The notes: generated by a model not told the origin, from the sequence alone. A DNA stretch of 64,000 bases from an uncultured Candidatus Sumerlaeota bacterium (GCA_964598765.1 CAZRCZ010000003.1:152423-216422), one strand, 5' to 3'; counted from the first letter of the stretch, positions 24,014-34,135 are shown. Translations and numbers: made by a program.

Positions 24014-24757
24014 TTAGACCGTCACGGAGAGGAAATCCATAGAGGATCGCCTCTTCGGCATTTCGTCCCATGTCCTTCCCTCAAGAAGGCGTCCCCTAGA
24101 TTTTTTGCGAGTTCCACCCCACTGCTTGAAAAAGAACGGCACATCGGCATCCCTGCATTGATCCCGAATATCCAAGGCCCATTGAGATTTCATCGGTCGC
24201 GCGCCGGGACCGGATTCTCCTCCCACAATCACCCAGTCCATCCCTTTCAGATTCAAATCGGGCAAGCAACCGATCAACGGCTCCAAGGAGAGAAACTTGA
24301 CTTGCGCGGATGATTTCCGGAGATGATCAATTCGGAAAGTGTAGTCGGAATTTTCCACGCTGACACCCATCCAGATGTGGGGGGACCAAGGCAATTTGGA
24401 ATCCAGTTCCAAAAGTCGCTCGGATCGCTTGGTTAAAATCTGATACTGATGCCAAGTGGCTTGATTCATGACGTCAAAGATGCGCATGATGAAATCCAAG
24501 GGAACTTTTTCGTGAAAGAGGTCGCTCATGGAATTGACAAAAATGGTTCGCGGTTTCCTCCAATGCAACGGAATTTCCAGCGCGCGTTCGTGAAGCGTCG
24601 TCTTGAAACCATTCGTATAATTGGGTTGCCCCATCCGTTGAAGTCGCTTGGCAAGCCTCTCGGCGTAGCAATGCTTGCATCCGGGGCTGATCTTGGAGCA
24701 ACCGGTAACCGGATTCCACGTCGCTTCGGTCCATTCGATGGAGGATTTGTTCGCCAT
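24014..24757 (-). CDS. DUF5131 / phage Gp37-Gp68 family protein (three-Cys motif)
   Basis: '[26 protein letters not shown]', '[10 protein letters not shown]', '[15 protein letters not shown]' and 'FFFKQWGG' are hallmark blocks of this family. ATG at 24757, 5 nt after the TcmP stop. Confidence 0.85.
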   Translation of the reverse strand: MANKSSIEWTEATWNPVTGCSKISPGCKHCYAERLAKRLQRMGQPNYTNGFKTTLHERALEIPLHWRKPRTIFVNSMSDLFHEKVPLDFIMRIFDVMNQATWHQYQILTKRSERLLELDSKLPWSPHIWMGVSVENSDYTFRIDHLRKSSAQVKFLSLEPLIGCLPDLNLKGMDWVIVGGESGPGARPMKSQWALDIRDQCRDADVPFFFKQWGGTRKKSRGRLLEGRTWDEMPKRRSSMDFLSVTV

Positions 24758-24761
24758 AATT

Positions 24762-25646
24762 CTAGTGCCGTAATATATGGTCCGCGATCCTGACAGCAAT
24801 CGTTGATCCCTTGGGATTACCTGCGGCAAAGCAAAAAAGGTAAAGGGGATTGTTTCTTGAATTTCGAAGCGTCAAGGGCTTGGGGGCTACACCGGAGAAA
24901 ACTGTCATAAGTCTCGCGTTGAAATAATCGCCGATGGCCTTAAAATCACCCACCTTTTCGGTGCTTTCTCGAGTGCCGAATAATTCATCCTTCTCCTTTC
25001 GACTGTAAAAAACATCGTACCATTCCGTGTCGCCAAATAGAAGGTCGAGGCGTCTTCTTCGCGCGGGGGTTATTTGTCCATCCCTCCGCAACAAACGCAT
25101 AACGCCAATGCCAAGTGGAAAGAGGATCCAAAGGTCAATGGCTTGCGTTTTGGCGATGGCCTTGATGGTTTCCCATTCGATTTGCATTCCATAAGGATCC
25201 AAGAAAAGCACCGCTCGGCGATCTCCCCACGGCTCTTTGCAAATGCGCAAAATGTAGTGATTGGCCTCTTCATTAACCGGATCGATCCTCGACGCCAAAA
25301 GCTGAGATGCCGCTTTCAATTTCAGAAGCTCACGGTGCCTCTTTTCACTTTTTTCAATGAAAATGTATCTCGAAAATCTAGGCTCAATTTGCAGAGCGAT
25401 TCGGGCCGAACCGTCCAGAAAACCCTTTGTTCCAGCAAACTCAGAGAACGCCAATTCAGGTTGAGAATCATGGCGTCTCGGTGAGCGGTAGCCGGTTCCG
25501 GCAAAAGCGTCGATGTAGATCAGCTGAAATCTTGTGTTCTTCATGGCATGGACGTAAGCGTCCAAATACTTGCGGAGCCGTTGAAGCTTGTCAGTCGTCC
25601 AATCGCCGCCGAAAGTGTGAGAGTAAACCGCTTCGCTCATTGCCAC
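24762..25646 (-). CDS. tcmP: Three-Cys-motif partner protein TcmP
   Basis: '[38 protein letters not shown]' matches my recollection of the TIGR04474 N-terminus. Adjacent to a DUF5131 gene, as that family is defined. Confidence 0.7.
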   Translation of the reverse strand: MAMSEAVYSHTFGGDWTTDKLQRLRKYLDAYVHAMKNTRFQLIYIDAFAGTGYRSPRRHDSQPELAFSEFAGTKGFLDGSARIALQIEPRFSRYIFIEKSEKRHRELLKLKAASQLLASRIDPVNEEANHYILRICKEPWGDRRAVLFLDPYGMQIEWETIKAIAKTQAIDLWILFPLGIGVMRLLRRDGQITPARRRRLDLLFGDTEWYDVFYSRKEKDELFGTRESTEKVGDFKAIGDYFNARLMTVFSGVAPKPLTLRNSRNNPLYLFCFAAGNPKGSTIAVRIADHILRH

Positions 25647-25708
25647 ACAACGATGATCAACATCCTAATCCATACCCACAAGGCAAGGGCTTTATCAATG
25701 GTAAAGCC

Positions 25709-26926
25709 TTACAGCTTCAGCCCCATCGATTCCATTGTTTTGCGGGCGGATTTGGCTTCTTCGCTTTCGGGATTGTTCTGCACGATTTTGCGGTAATACT
25801 GTCCGGCGGCGGGGGAATCGCCCCGCGCGATCTCAACCCGCGCCAAACCATCCAGCGTTTTGGGATTGGAGGGATTGATCCCCTCGGCGACCTTGAAATA
25901 ACGCTCGGCTTGATCGAAGAGGTCTTTGGAAGCTTGGCGGTCGCCTCCCTGCTTCTTCCGGCCCAGCATGTAATAAGTCCATCCCAAGTCGTATGCGAGC
26001 GTTTCGTTTTTCGCGTCGTGCTTGAGAGCTTCCTCGTAGTCGGTCCGCGCGTCCTCGTATTTGTTGTCGCGCGAGTGGGCGTCGCCCTGCTGGCCGTAAA
26101 CTTTCGCCAGAAGTTGTTCTTTCTCCGGACCGTCCTTCACGAGTTGGGCTTTTTCAAGAGCCTGCGCGAAAAGATTTTGCCTCAGATAATCCTGCGCCTG
26201 ATCCAGAAGCGCCTGATCCTGTTTTCCCATCGCTTCGGCGGGCTTGGCCGCTTCCTTGGATTCTTTCTTCTCGCCAAACGGATTTTTTCCGGAATAAGCA
26301 ATCCATCCCACGCCCGCCAGCGCAAGAACGAGCGCGACAACGCCAACGATGCCGAAAATTCCCAGCGGAACACCTTCGCGTCGGGTTTCGACTTGAAACG
26401 CCGAGCGCGACCGAATCGGCGCAGTTTGCGGACGCGGAGCTTCCCCCTGCGACGGCGGCCTTGCCCGCTCCGGACGGTCGGCGCGCGACATGGGCGAAGA
26501 TTCCCCCTTCGGTCTTCGCTCCGGCATTTCGGTTCGAATTTCCTCGATTTCCGGCTTTTCCAACGGCGTCATGCGCGCCGGCTCCAAGAGCGGCGGACGG
26601 GACGCGGCTCGCGGTCGAACCATCGTCGGCCCCGGTCCCTCGGATCCGGCTCCCCCCTTCATTTTGAGCGCGGCGACAAGCATCCCGCGCAAATCCTCCC
26701 GCATCGGAGCCAGCGCGGAGGCGGCCCGCAAATTGGCGACGGCCTCGCGCGGTTTTCCGTCGGCCAACCCCTTTTTCGCCCGTTCAATGAGCGCATTGAC
26801 GTCCAAGTTCGAGGATGGTTCTTTGGATGGATTCCGGGATTCGTTCGGCAACAAAGTCAACTTGAGATACCCCCGGTCGGAGAGATATTCCGCTTTCCTT
26901 GTATCGCAAATTTGTTCCGCGCGCAA
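25709..26926 (-). CDS. Tetratricopeptide-repeat protein with a Pro/Arg-rich N-terminal region and one TM helix
   Basis: TM 'GIFGIVGVVALVLALAGVGWIAY'. C-terminal TPR-like helices 'YEDARTDYEEALKHDAKNETLAYDLGWTYYMLG' and 'AERYFKVAEGINPSNPKTLDGLA'. Start uncertain. Confidence 0.6.
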   Translation of the reverse strand: MRAEQICDTRKAEYLSDRGYLKLTLLPNESRNPSKEPSSNLDVNALIERAKKGLADGKPREAVANLRAASALAPMREDLRGMLVAALKMKGGAGSEGPGPTMVRPRAASRPPLLEPARMTPLEKPEIEEIRTEMPERRPKGESSPMSRADRPERARPPSQGEAPRPQTAPIRSRSAFQVETRREGVPLGIFGIVGVVALVLALAGVGWIAYSGKNPFGEKKESKEAAKPAEAMGKQDQALLDQAQDYLRQNLFAQALEKAQLVKDGPEKEQLLAKVYGQQGDAHSRDNKYEDARTDYEEALKHDAKNETLAYDLGWTYYMLGRKKQGGDRQASKDLFDQAERYFKVAEGINPSNPKTLDGLARVEIARGDSPAAGQYYRKIVQNNPESEEAKSARKTMESMGLKL

Positions 26927-27109
26927 CTTTTTCCGACGGATGTTTGGGATGATTTTGGTGAGGACCCAATTTTGTTTTCACCGCGCAACGAATCAAACGC
27001 ATCATCTTGGCGGTAGGTTTCGAACCCGATCCCATTTTGCTTTATTGACTCCATGCGCCGAATTTAGGAGTTTTGATCGGAATTTGCATGATTTACCCGA
27101 GGTGAACTT

Positions 27110-28462
27110 ATGATTCGTCGTCGTTTCGTTTTTCTCCTTTTCGGACTCTTCGCTTTTGCGCGGGTTGTTTCCGCCGGCGAATTAATCTTGGCCGGACCGA
27201 TGGTCGGCCATGTTTCGGATTCGACCGCGTCGGTCTGGTTACGCGCCGAAGACGGCTCTTCCATTTCCGCTCAAGCGCATCAAGGGACCGATCCGGCTAA
27301 AGCCGCCAAGATTGAAAATCTCGGAGAAGGATTCTATCTCGCCCGATTCGAAGGATTGAAACCGGAAACCCCAACCGAAGCCACAATTGACTTGGAACGC
27401 GAGCGAAAAGTTTCGGACAAGGTGAGCTTCAAAACCGCGCCGATTCCCTCCGCCACCGGAATGATCAAAATCGCCTTTGGTTCTTGTAGCAAGGACGCGC
27501 AGTTCAAGCGCGTTCCGGTCTTCGAGGCGATCTCCGATGAAAAACCGGACGCCGCATTCTTCATCGGCGACAATTCCTATTTTATTGTCGGCGATCAGGG
27601 AAGCGACACGTGGGGGACAACCGGATCAGTCGGTGATTGGACATCGCCACAATTGATGCTCGCCCGCCACATGCAAACTCGCACCAATCCCGATCTCCAG
27701 CGATTGATCCACACGATTCCCTGCTACGCCGTATGGGACGATCACGATTACGGCTCGAACGACACCGACCGCGAATTTCCGCTGAAAAAAGATTCGCTCC
27801 GCATCTTCAGGGAGATTTGGGCGAATCCTTCCTATGGCGCGTCCGAAATTCCGGGAATTTTCAGTTCCTTCCGTTTCGGTCCCGCCGAATTCTTCCTGAT
27901 GGATGACCGCTACAACAAATACACCGCCGCCGGATCGCATCCCAGCGTCAAACCGGAGGAGGCCGTGATTTGGGGCGACCCGCAACTGCAATGGCTCATG
28001 ACGGGACTTAAGGCGAGCAAGGCTCCGGTTAAATTCATCGTCAACGGAACGCAGGTGCTTTCGCAGACCAAAAGCGGCGAGGGACATTTTCAAGAAGCCA
28101 AGCTGGAGCGGGAAAAACTATTCACTTTCCTGAAGGAGAACAAGATCGGCGGCGTGATTTTCCTGACCGGCGACCGGCATTACAGCGAGGTCAACCGTCT
28201 GGGGCAACAGGGCGGCCCCGATCTCTTGGAATTCACCAGTTCGCCGATTTGCCAGAATGAGAAAGTTCGACCCTTGGAAGTGAAACATCCCACGCAACTT
28301 TGGGGCGTTCGCGGCGATTCCTACGGACTGGCCACGGTGGAAATCGAAAAAGAAGGCAAGGGAATGATCCGTCTTGAAACTAGGGACGCCCAAAATCACG
28401 TTCCCCTCGTGGCGGGGCTACGGTGCGTGACGAATTGGGAATTGCGAAAGTTAAACTATTAA
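27110..28462 (+). CDS. PhoD-like alkaline phosphatase/phosphodiesterase
   Basis: Arg-rich signal 'MIRRRFVFLLFGLFAFARVVSA', 'AGPMVGHVSDSTASVWLRA', 'YAVWDDHDYGSNDTD' and 'FLTGDRHYSEV'. Confidence 0.8.
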   Translation: MIRRRFVFLLFGLFAFARVVSAGELILAGPMVGHVSDSTASVWLRAEDGSSISAQAHQGTDPAKAAKIENLGEGFYLARFEGLKPETPTEATIDLERERKVSDKVSFKTAPIPSATGMIKIAFGSCSKDAQFKRVPVFEAISDEKPDAAFFIGDNSYFIVGDQGSDTWGTTGSVGDWTSPQLMLARHMQTRTNPDLQRLIHTIPCYAVWDDHDYGSNDTDREFPLKKDSLRIFREIWANPSYGASEIPGIFSSFRFGPAEFFLMDDRYNKYTAAGSHPSVKPEEAVIWGDPQLQWLMTGLKASKAPVKFIVNGTQVLSQTKSGEGHFQEAKLEREKLFTFLKENKIGGVIFLTGDRHYSEVNRLGQQGGPDLLEFTSSPICQNEKVRPLEVKHPTQLWGVRGDSYGLATVEIEKEGKGMIRLETRDAQNHVPLVAGLRCVTNWELRKLNY

Positions 28463-28517
28463 GAAACAAAAATCGGGGGACCCCTCACCGGAGGGAATAT
28501 TTTCCGACGATTGTCGC

Positions 28518-30311
28518 ATGACAGGAAAATCCAAGGTAAACAATCAATCCATCGGAGCTGACGAAGCCTTTTCTGGGCGTCTTTTCCTTTGGTGCGTCTT
28601 TCTCGGCATCATGGCCGGCTTGGGGGCCATTGCTTTCTACACGGCTCTGGGCACCGTGTCCCATTTTCTTGTGGATAGGGTGAGTGGTTTCCACGCCATC
28701 TCCCCTGCCCACGAACCTGAATTGTTTCGCCCCAGTTCCACTCCATTCCGCCCGCTGATCATTCTTATCATTCCCGCGATTGGAGGTCTCGCAAGCGGGT
28801 GGATCGCCTACAGATTTGCTCCCGAGACGGCGGGACATGGAACAGACGCCTCCATCGAGGCTTACCACTTTCACGGCGGGCGAATTCGCGCGCGTGTCCC
28901 GTTGGTGAAGTCAATTACGTCCGCATTGACCATCGGATCGGGCGGATCAGCCGGAGCTGAAGGTCCCATTACGCAAATTGGCGCCGGAATCGGATCGTCG
29001 CTGGCCGATCACTTCAATCTTTCGATGGCGATCCGCAGGCGACTGATGGCGGCCGGGATGGCCGCAGGGATCGCGGCCATTTTTAGGGCGCCGCTGGCCG
29101 GAGCCGTTTTTGCCTCCGAAGTTCTCTATGAGGGAATGGATATCGAGCATGAGATTCTGGTTCCGGCCTTTATCTCATCGGTGACGGCTTACAGCGTCTT
29201 TGCCTTCGCCTTCGGTTGGGATCCCTTATTTGCAATGCCGGAATTCGTTTTTGACAATCCCGCGCGACTACTCATTTATTTCCTCCTCGCGCTGATCGAG
29301 GGAGGCGCGGCGGTCATTTTTATTCGACTGTTCGATGCCGTTCATGATGCCTTCGCTCGACTCAAGATGCCATTCTACTGGAAGCCCGCGTTGGGAGGCG
29401 CCATTGTTGGCTTGCTCGGTTGTTTTTTTCCCCAAGCACTTGGCACGGGATACGGTTTAATACAGGAGGCTTTTCTTCATGACCTAGGATGGTCTTTCCT
29501 GACAGTGGCGATCTTGGCAAAAATGGCCTCGACCTCTTTCTCAATAGGTTCGGGCGGAAGCGGAGGGTTGTTCGGCCCTTCGCTTGTCATCGGATGCATG
29601 ATTGGCCGCCTTGTCGGTCAAGGGGGAGCATGGTGCTTTCCTTTTTTGAACATTCATGGTGGGTCTTTCGCCTTGGTCGGGATGGTTGGATTTCTTTCGG
29701 CCGCAACCAATTGTCCCGTTTCCGCTCTTTTATTTGCCGGCGAGATTACGGGAAACTACCGACTGATTGTTCCTTCCATGTTGGTGTGTGTCACCTCCTA
29801 CGCCATTACCCGCCGGCATTCTCTCTACAGGTCCCAAGTGCGCTCGCGACTCCACGCGCCGGCGAACATTAAATCCATGATGACTGAAGTCTTGAAATCC
29901 ATTTCGGTGGAATGGACCGTCGAAACTCTAAGATTACGAACCCCTCATGTCATCCCCGATACATCCTCCCTAGCGGCGGTCATGGATAAATACAAGGATT
30001 CCGACGAAGTGCTGTTCCCCGTGACCGATTCCGGGGGGTCGCTGTGCGGAGTCGTTGAAGCAAGAGATCTGCGCCGATTGTTGACCGAGGCCGGCTCTCT
30101 TGACGGATTGATCGTCCACGATTTATCCATCAAGCCTGTGACGGTGATTCCTTCCGATTCGCTTTACGACGTGATTCAGGCGATTCAACTCCATGACCGG
30201 TCGGGGGTGATCGTTGTTGAGGAACCTCCTTCAGGGGGAATTATCGCGATCATAGACCCGTCAACAGTTGCCGCCGCATATAATCAGGTCTTGGCAAAAA
30301 AGGAGGTCTGA
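28518..30311 (+). CDS. ClC-family chloride channel/H+-Cl- antiporter with C-terminal CBS pair
   Basis: 'GSGGSAGAEGP', 'GSGGSGGLFGPS' and 'GHGTDASIEAY' selectivity-filter motifs. The C-terminal roughly 140 aa are CBS-like. Confidence 0.85.
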   Translation: MTGKSKVNNQSIGADEAFSGRLFLWCVFLGIMAGLGAIAFYTALGTVSHFLVDRVSGFHAISPAHEPELFRPSSTPFRPLIILIIPAIGGLASGWIAYRFAPETAGHGTDASIEAYHFHGGRIRARVPLVKSITSALTIGSGGSAGAEGPITQIGAGIGSSLADHFNLSMAIRRRLMAAGMAAGIAAIFRAPLAGAVFASEVLYEGMDIEHEILVPAFISSVTAYSVFAFAFGWDPLFAMPEFVFDNPARLLIYFLLALIEGGAAVIFIRLFDAVHDAFARLKMPFYWKPALGGAIVGLLGCFFPQALGTGYGLIQEAFLHDLGWSFLTVAILAKMASTSFSIGSGGSGGLFGPSLVIGCMIGRLVGQGGAWCFPFLNIHGGSFALVGMVGFLSAATNCPVSALLFAGEITGNYRLIVPSMLVCVTSYAITRRHSLYRSQVRSRLHAPANIKSMMTEVLKSISVEWTVETLRLRTPHVIPDTSSLAAVMDKYKDSDEVLFPVTDSGGSLCGVVEARDLRRLLTEAGSLDGLIVHDLSIKPVTVIPSDSLYDVIQAIQLHDRSGVIVVEEPPSGGIIAIIDPSTVAAAYNQVLAKKEV

Positions 30312-30405
30312 ATTTCCCGATCCGCCCCAATCACTTTCCCATCGCCACAGACTTTCGGTGCATGCCGAATTGGGAATTGTGAAAATGAAATAATAGCTTC
30401 GACCG

Positions 30406-30447
30406 GAATTCAACGCGAAGCCGCGAAGCCGCGAAGACGCAAGGACG
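30406..30447. repeat. Solo arm of the octamer-hairpin family ('cgcgaagc' type)
   Basis: 'gaattcaacgcgaagccgcgaagccgcgaagacgcaaggacg'. Confidence 0.75.
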
Positions 30448-30623
30448 TGGAGCGGACACCTCGGAAAGTTTGAGAATTGCAATTTCGATGTTTCTCAACG
30501 CGCTCATCTTTTTAGGGGAGGAGGAAGGGTTAGGGATCCTTGCGCCTCTGCATTTCATTATCTTCGCGCGCCTTTATGTCTCGGCGCTGAATCTTCCGTT
30601 TCTTTTTGCGGTAATCGTTCCCC

Positions 30624-30730
30624 ATGAACACGAACTCGCCCCCCGCCGAAATCTTGATTTTCAGTTGCTCGCTAGGTCCGGAGAGCAATTCTCGAATTCT
30701 CGCGGAGGAGGCGAAAAAGCAGTTTGACGC
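30624..30730 (+). pseudogene. Possible N-terminal remnant of an NADPH-dependent FMN reductase
   Basis: 'EILIFSCSLGPESNSRILAEEAKKQF' resembles the '(I/V)L.ISGS.R..S.N..LA' start of flavodoxin-like FMN reductases. Similarity ends after about 35 codons and the frame runs into purH. Confidence 0.3.
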
Positions 30731-30852
30731 TCACCCCACGCCCTGCGGGCGGAATTTCGAACGCGCGTCCGCGGATGGACTAAAGGGGATTCTTGACTCC
30801 CCTCGCGGCTGTCTCTATAAACTACCCGACAGTCACAACGGACAGACGGTTC

Positions 30853-32463
30853 ATGAGTCAATCCAATTTTCCTCAAGGTACGAGCGGCTTGCGCCGCGCC
30901 CTGATCAGCGTCTCGGACAAATCGGGCGTGATTGAATTCGCGCGCGGACTGAACAAACTCGGATTCGAGATTATTTCGACGGGCGGAACGATGAAGTCGC
31001 TTGCCGACGCGGGGGTGAGCGTGCGGTCGGTCTCGGAAATCACCGGCGTCCCCGAAATTCTAGGCGGGCGCGTGAAAACGCTTCATCCGGCGATCTTTGG
31101 CGGGATCCTCGCGCGGCGCGAATTGATGGAAGACCTCGAAACCCTGAAGGAGCACGGCATCGGCGAGATTGACGTTGTCGCCGTGAATCTCTATCCGTTT
31201 GAAAAAACCGCCGCCAAACCGGGAACCGCGGACGAGGAAATCATCGAGCAAATTGATATTGGCGGGCCGTCGCTCCTCCGCGCGGCGGCGAAGAATCATC
31301 ATCATCTCTACGCCGTCGTGGACCCCAAGGATTATCCCGAAGTGCTCCAAGCCGTAGGCGAAGGTCGGGACGCCGATGGACGTTCCTTGCGCCGTCGCCT
31401 CGCCGCCAAAGTTTTCGCGCATTGCTCCGCTTACGACCGGGCGATAGGCGCGTATTTGGGTTGCAAGGGCAAATCCGAGGATTCGGAACATCCAAATCTC
31501 GCGTCACAAATAGAAACTCTTCCGGAACGCTTGATGATTTCTTGGCCGCTCGGGCAAAAATTGCGCTACGGCGAAAACCCTCACCAGCAGGCCGCCTTCT
31601 ACGCCGATCCGTGCGCCGGGGCGCCGAGCCTCGCGCATTGCAAACAACTTCAGGGCAAGGAGCTTTCCTACAACAATTACCTCGACGGCGAGGCCGCGCT
31701 GGAAATGGCCCGCGAGTTCGAGGAGCCGTTCGCCGTCATTATGAAACACGCCAATCCATGCGGGGCGGGGCGCGGCGCGACGTTAACGGAAGCCTATCAG
31801 CGCGCATTTCACGGCGATTCGGTTTCCGCGTTCGGCGGGATCGTCGGATTGAATCGCGCGGTGGATTCCGCGACGGCGGAAGCGATGGCGGAATCGTTTC
31901 TGGAAGTCATCATCGCGCCGGAATTTGAGGAACCCGCGCTAAAAATTCTCGCCAAGAAAAAAAATCTGCGTCTCCTTTCGGCAGGCAAACTCACCCCCCG
32001 TAATCCCGGCGTGAGTTATCGCTCCGTCTCCGGCGGACTTCTGGCGCAGGAGACCGACGTCGCGCTGGTTCCGCGCGAATTGATGACCGTCATCACCAAG
32101 GCGCAACCCACTGCCGAGGATTGGGAGGGACTTCTCTTTGCGTGGAAAATTTGCCGATGGGTCCGGTCCAACGCGATCGTCTATGCTTCACGCGAGAAGA
32201 CGCTGGGGATCGGCGCGGGTCAAATGAGTCGCATTGACGCGGCGCGGTTTGGCATGATGAAAGCCGAGGGAGGCGTCAAGGGCGCTTACGTCGCCTCGGA
32301 CGGATTCTTTCCCTTCCGCGACACGGTGGACATGCTTGCCAAGGCGGGCGTCCGCGCGATCATCCAACCCGGCGGTTCCCTCCGCGACGACGAAAGCATC
32401 CAAGCGGCGAACGAGCACGGGTTGATGATGGTCTTCACGGGGCAACGACATTTCAGGCACTAG
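30853..32463 (+). CDS. purH: Bifunctional AICAR transformylase / IMP cyclohydrolase
   Basis: '[20 protein letters not shown]...[10 protein letters not shown]', '[13 protein letters not shown]', '[10 protein letters not shown]' and '...GQRHFRH' at the C-terminus. ATG at 30853. Confidence 0.92.
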   Translation: MSQSNFPQGTSGLRRALISVSDKSGVIEFARGLNKLGFEIISTGGTMKSLADAGVSVRSVSEITGVPEILGGRVKTLHPAIFGGILARRELMEDLETLKEHGIGEIDVVAVNLYPFEKTAAKPGTADEEIIEQIDIGGPSLLRAAAKNHHHLYAVVDPKDYPEVLQAVGEGRDADGRSLRRRLAAKVFAHCSAYDRAIGAYLGCKGKSEDSEHPNLASQIETLPERLMISWPLGQKLRYGENPHQQAAFYADPCAGAPSLAHCKQLQGKELSYNNYLDGEAALEMAREFEEPFAVIMKHANPCGAGRGATLTEAYQRAFHGDSVSAFGGIVGLNRAVDSATAEAMAESFLEVIIAPEFEEPALKILAKKKNLRLLSAGKLTPRNPGVSYRSVSGGLLAQETDVALVPRELMTVITKAQPTAEDWEGLLFAWKICRWVRSNAIVYASREKTLGIGAGQMSRIDAARFGMMKAEGGVKGAYVASDGFFPFRDTVDMLAKAGVRAIIQPGGSLRDDESIQAANEHGLMMVFTGQRHFRH

Positions 32464-32472
32464 GAGAATTGT

Positions 32473-33861
32473 ATGAGCCACAGAGAACACAGAGATCGCG
32501 GAGACATTCCGCAGAGTCTTTTTCTTTGCTCGGTGATCTCTGCGTTCTCTGTGGCTATCTTAATTTTCCCAACTTTGTCTTTCGCGGAGGATTGGCCGCA
32601 ATGGGGCGGCAAGAACCGCAACGGCGACTGGACCGAAACCGGCATCCTTGAAAAATTTCCGTCCGATGGACTCAAGATCGAATGGCGCGCGCCGATCGGC
32701 GGAGGCTATTCCGGTCCCGTCGTCTCGGACGAAAAAATCGTCGTCACCGATTGGAAACTCTCGCCCGAAACGAAACGGCTAGAGGGAACCGAGCGCGCCG
32801 TCTGCCTCGACGAAAAAACGGGCAAGGTTCTCTGGACGCGCGAATGGCCCGCCGATTATTCCGCGCTCATGCAGTCCTACGCCAGCGGCCCCCGCGCCAC
32901 GCCGACCATTGACGCCGACCGCGTTTATCTTATCGGCGCGGTCGGGAACATTTTTTGCCTCTCGATGAAAACCGGCGACGTGATCTGGCAAAAGGATTGC
33001 GTCAAGGAATACAAAGCCGCCATTCCAACGTGGGGCGCGTCGAGCGCGCCGCTGGTGGACGGCGACCGTGTGATCTTCCTCGCCGGAGCCGATCCCGACG
33101 GCAAGGTCATGGCGTTCGACAAAATCACGGGACAGGAGCGTTGGCGCGCGCTCTCGTCGAGATGGGAAATGGGTTACAGCCAGCCGGTCATTTACGAGGC
33201 GGGGGGGAAACGCCAACTGATCGTCTGGCATCCGCGCGCGGTCAGTTCGCTCGATCCGGAAACCGGAAAAGTCTATTGGGAGCAACTCGACCGCACTCCC
33301 TCCGACATGTGCATCGCCACGCCGGTCAAGAGCGGATCGTATTTGTTTGTCGCCTCCTTCTACGGCGGCTCGATGATGATGGAACTGGACAACGCGCAAC
33401 CGGCGTCCAAGCTTCTTTGGCGGATCAAGGGGAAGAGCGAAATGCCCGGCAAAACCGAGGCGCTTCACGCCGTCATCACGACCCCGATCATCATCGGCGA
33501 TTACATTTACGGAACGTGTAGTTACGGCGAGTTACGATGCCTGAATGCCAAAACCGGCGAGCGGATTTGGTCGAGCGACAAGTTGGGACGGCAAGGACGC
33601 TGGGGCTCGGCGTTTTGGGTCCGCAACGGCGACCGCTACTTCGTCAACAACGACGTGGGGGACTTGATCATCGCGCAATTCACGCCTGAAAAATACGCGG
33701 AGCTTGACCGGACGAAGCTTATCAAACCGACGACCAACGCCGGATTCGGCCCGCGCCGTCTTTTTGAGACGACGGTCAATTGGGTCCAACCCGCCTACGC
33801 GAATCGTCACATCGTCACCCGCAACGATGAGGAAATCATCCGCGCGTCGCTGGAAAAGTAA
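32473..33861 (+). CDS. PQQ-like (BamB-type) beta-propeller repeat protein, secreted
   Basis: 'EDWPQWGGKNRNGDW' after a signal-like N-terminus, with repeated 'G..VW' propeller blades. The N-terminal 28 codons are encoded by a hairpin repeat. Confidence 0.75.
   Translation: MSHREHRDRGDIPQSLFLCSVISAFSVAILIFPTLSFAEDWPQWGGKNRNGDWTETGILEKFPSDGLKIEWRAPIGGGYSGPVVSDEKIVVTDWKLSPETKRLEGTERAVCLDEKTGKVLWTREWPADYSALMQSYASGPRATPTIDADRVYLIGAVGNIFCLSMKTGDVIWQKDCVKEYKAAIPTWGASSAPLVDGDRVIFLAGADPDGKVMAFDKITGQERWRALSSRWEMGYSQPVIYEAGGKRQLIVWHPRAVSSLDPETGKVYWEQLDRTPSDMCIATPVKSGSYLFVASFYGGSMMMELDNAQPASKLLWRIKGKSEMPGKTEALHAVITTPIIIGDYIYGTCSYGELRCLNAKTGERIWSSDKLGRQGRWGSAFWVRNGDRYFVNNDVGDLIIAQFTPEKYAELDRTKLIKPTTNAGFGPRRLFETTVNWVQPAYANRHIVTRNDEEIIRASLEK
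32477..32555. repeat. Octamer-hairpin repeat ('cacagaga' type) inside the 5' end of CDS 32473-33861
   Basis: Arm 32477-32505 'gccacagagaacacagagatcgcggagac' pairs with arm 32528-32555 'gctcggtgatctctgcgttctctgtggc' at about 24/27 positions. Confidence 0.9.
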
Positions 33862-33913
33862 CAGCCAACGTAAGACCGCTACAAGGCTATGGACCGCTTT
33901 GAGCTAAGGTTTT

Positions 33914-34135
33914 TCAGAAATCAACCGGCGGCTTGCGAGGCGCCGGCGGCGGGGAAGAGGACTGCATCTGCTTCATTTTTTTTTGCCAGTCCATCCGGTA
34001 AAGGGGGCAAATTTCGCGGTTCAGGTAGTGCGACTTTTCCGGATGAACGCAACGGCACTTGCGCGGATTGCTCGGCTCCGGACGATAGGAGACGCAATCG
34101 GAGAGAACGCAATAGACGACGATGTGGTTTTCCAT
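33914..34135 (-). CDS. Small Cys-rich hypothetical protein
   Basis: 73 codons from ATG 34135 (84 from ATG 34168). Five Cys ('YCVLSDC', 'CRC', 'ICPLY') and a Pro-rich tail. Lies 17 nt downstream of the GNAT gene on the same strand. Confidence 0.4.
   Translation of the reverse strand: MENHIVVYCVLSDCVSYRPEPSNPRKCRCVHPEKSHYLNREICPLYRMDWQKKMKQMQSSSPPPAPRKPPVDF

Noticed and set aside
25427-27016. 529-aa ORF on the plus strand
   Set aside because: It is antisense to the TPR protein and partly to TcmP. It is rich in Arg, Pro, Gly and Phe, has no recognisable domain, and spans two differently composed regions. I treat it as a shadow ORF.
27008-27033. tRNA-like 3' end ('tggcggtaggtttcgaacccgatccc' is the reverse complement of ...GGGTTCGAAACCTACCGCCA)
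   Set aside because: The putative T-stem halves (TCGGG and CCTAC) do not pair, and no acceptor or anticodon arms can be drawn upstream. It is probably a chance similarity or at most a decayed fragment.
30480-30852. ZTP (pfl) riboswitch upstream of purH
   Set aside because: I could not find the conserved pfl-motif strings that I recall from that motif in either orientation (for example 'gactggcg' and the 3' 'ccgcctgggc' pseudoknot partner). An Infernal scan with the Rfam model would be the decisive test.
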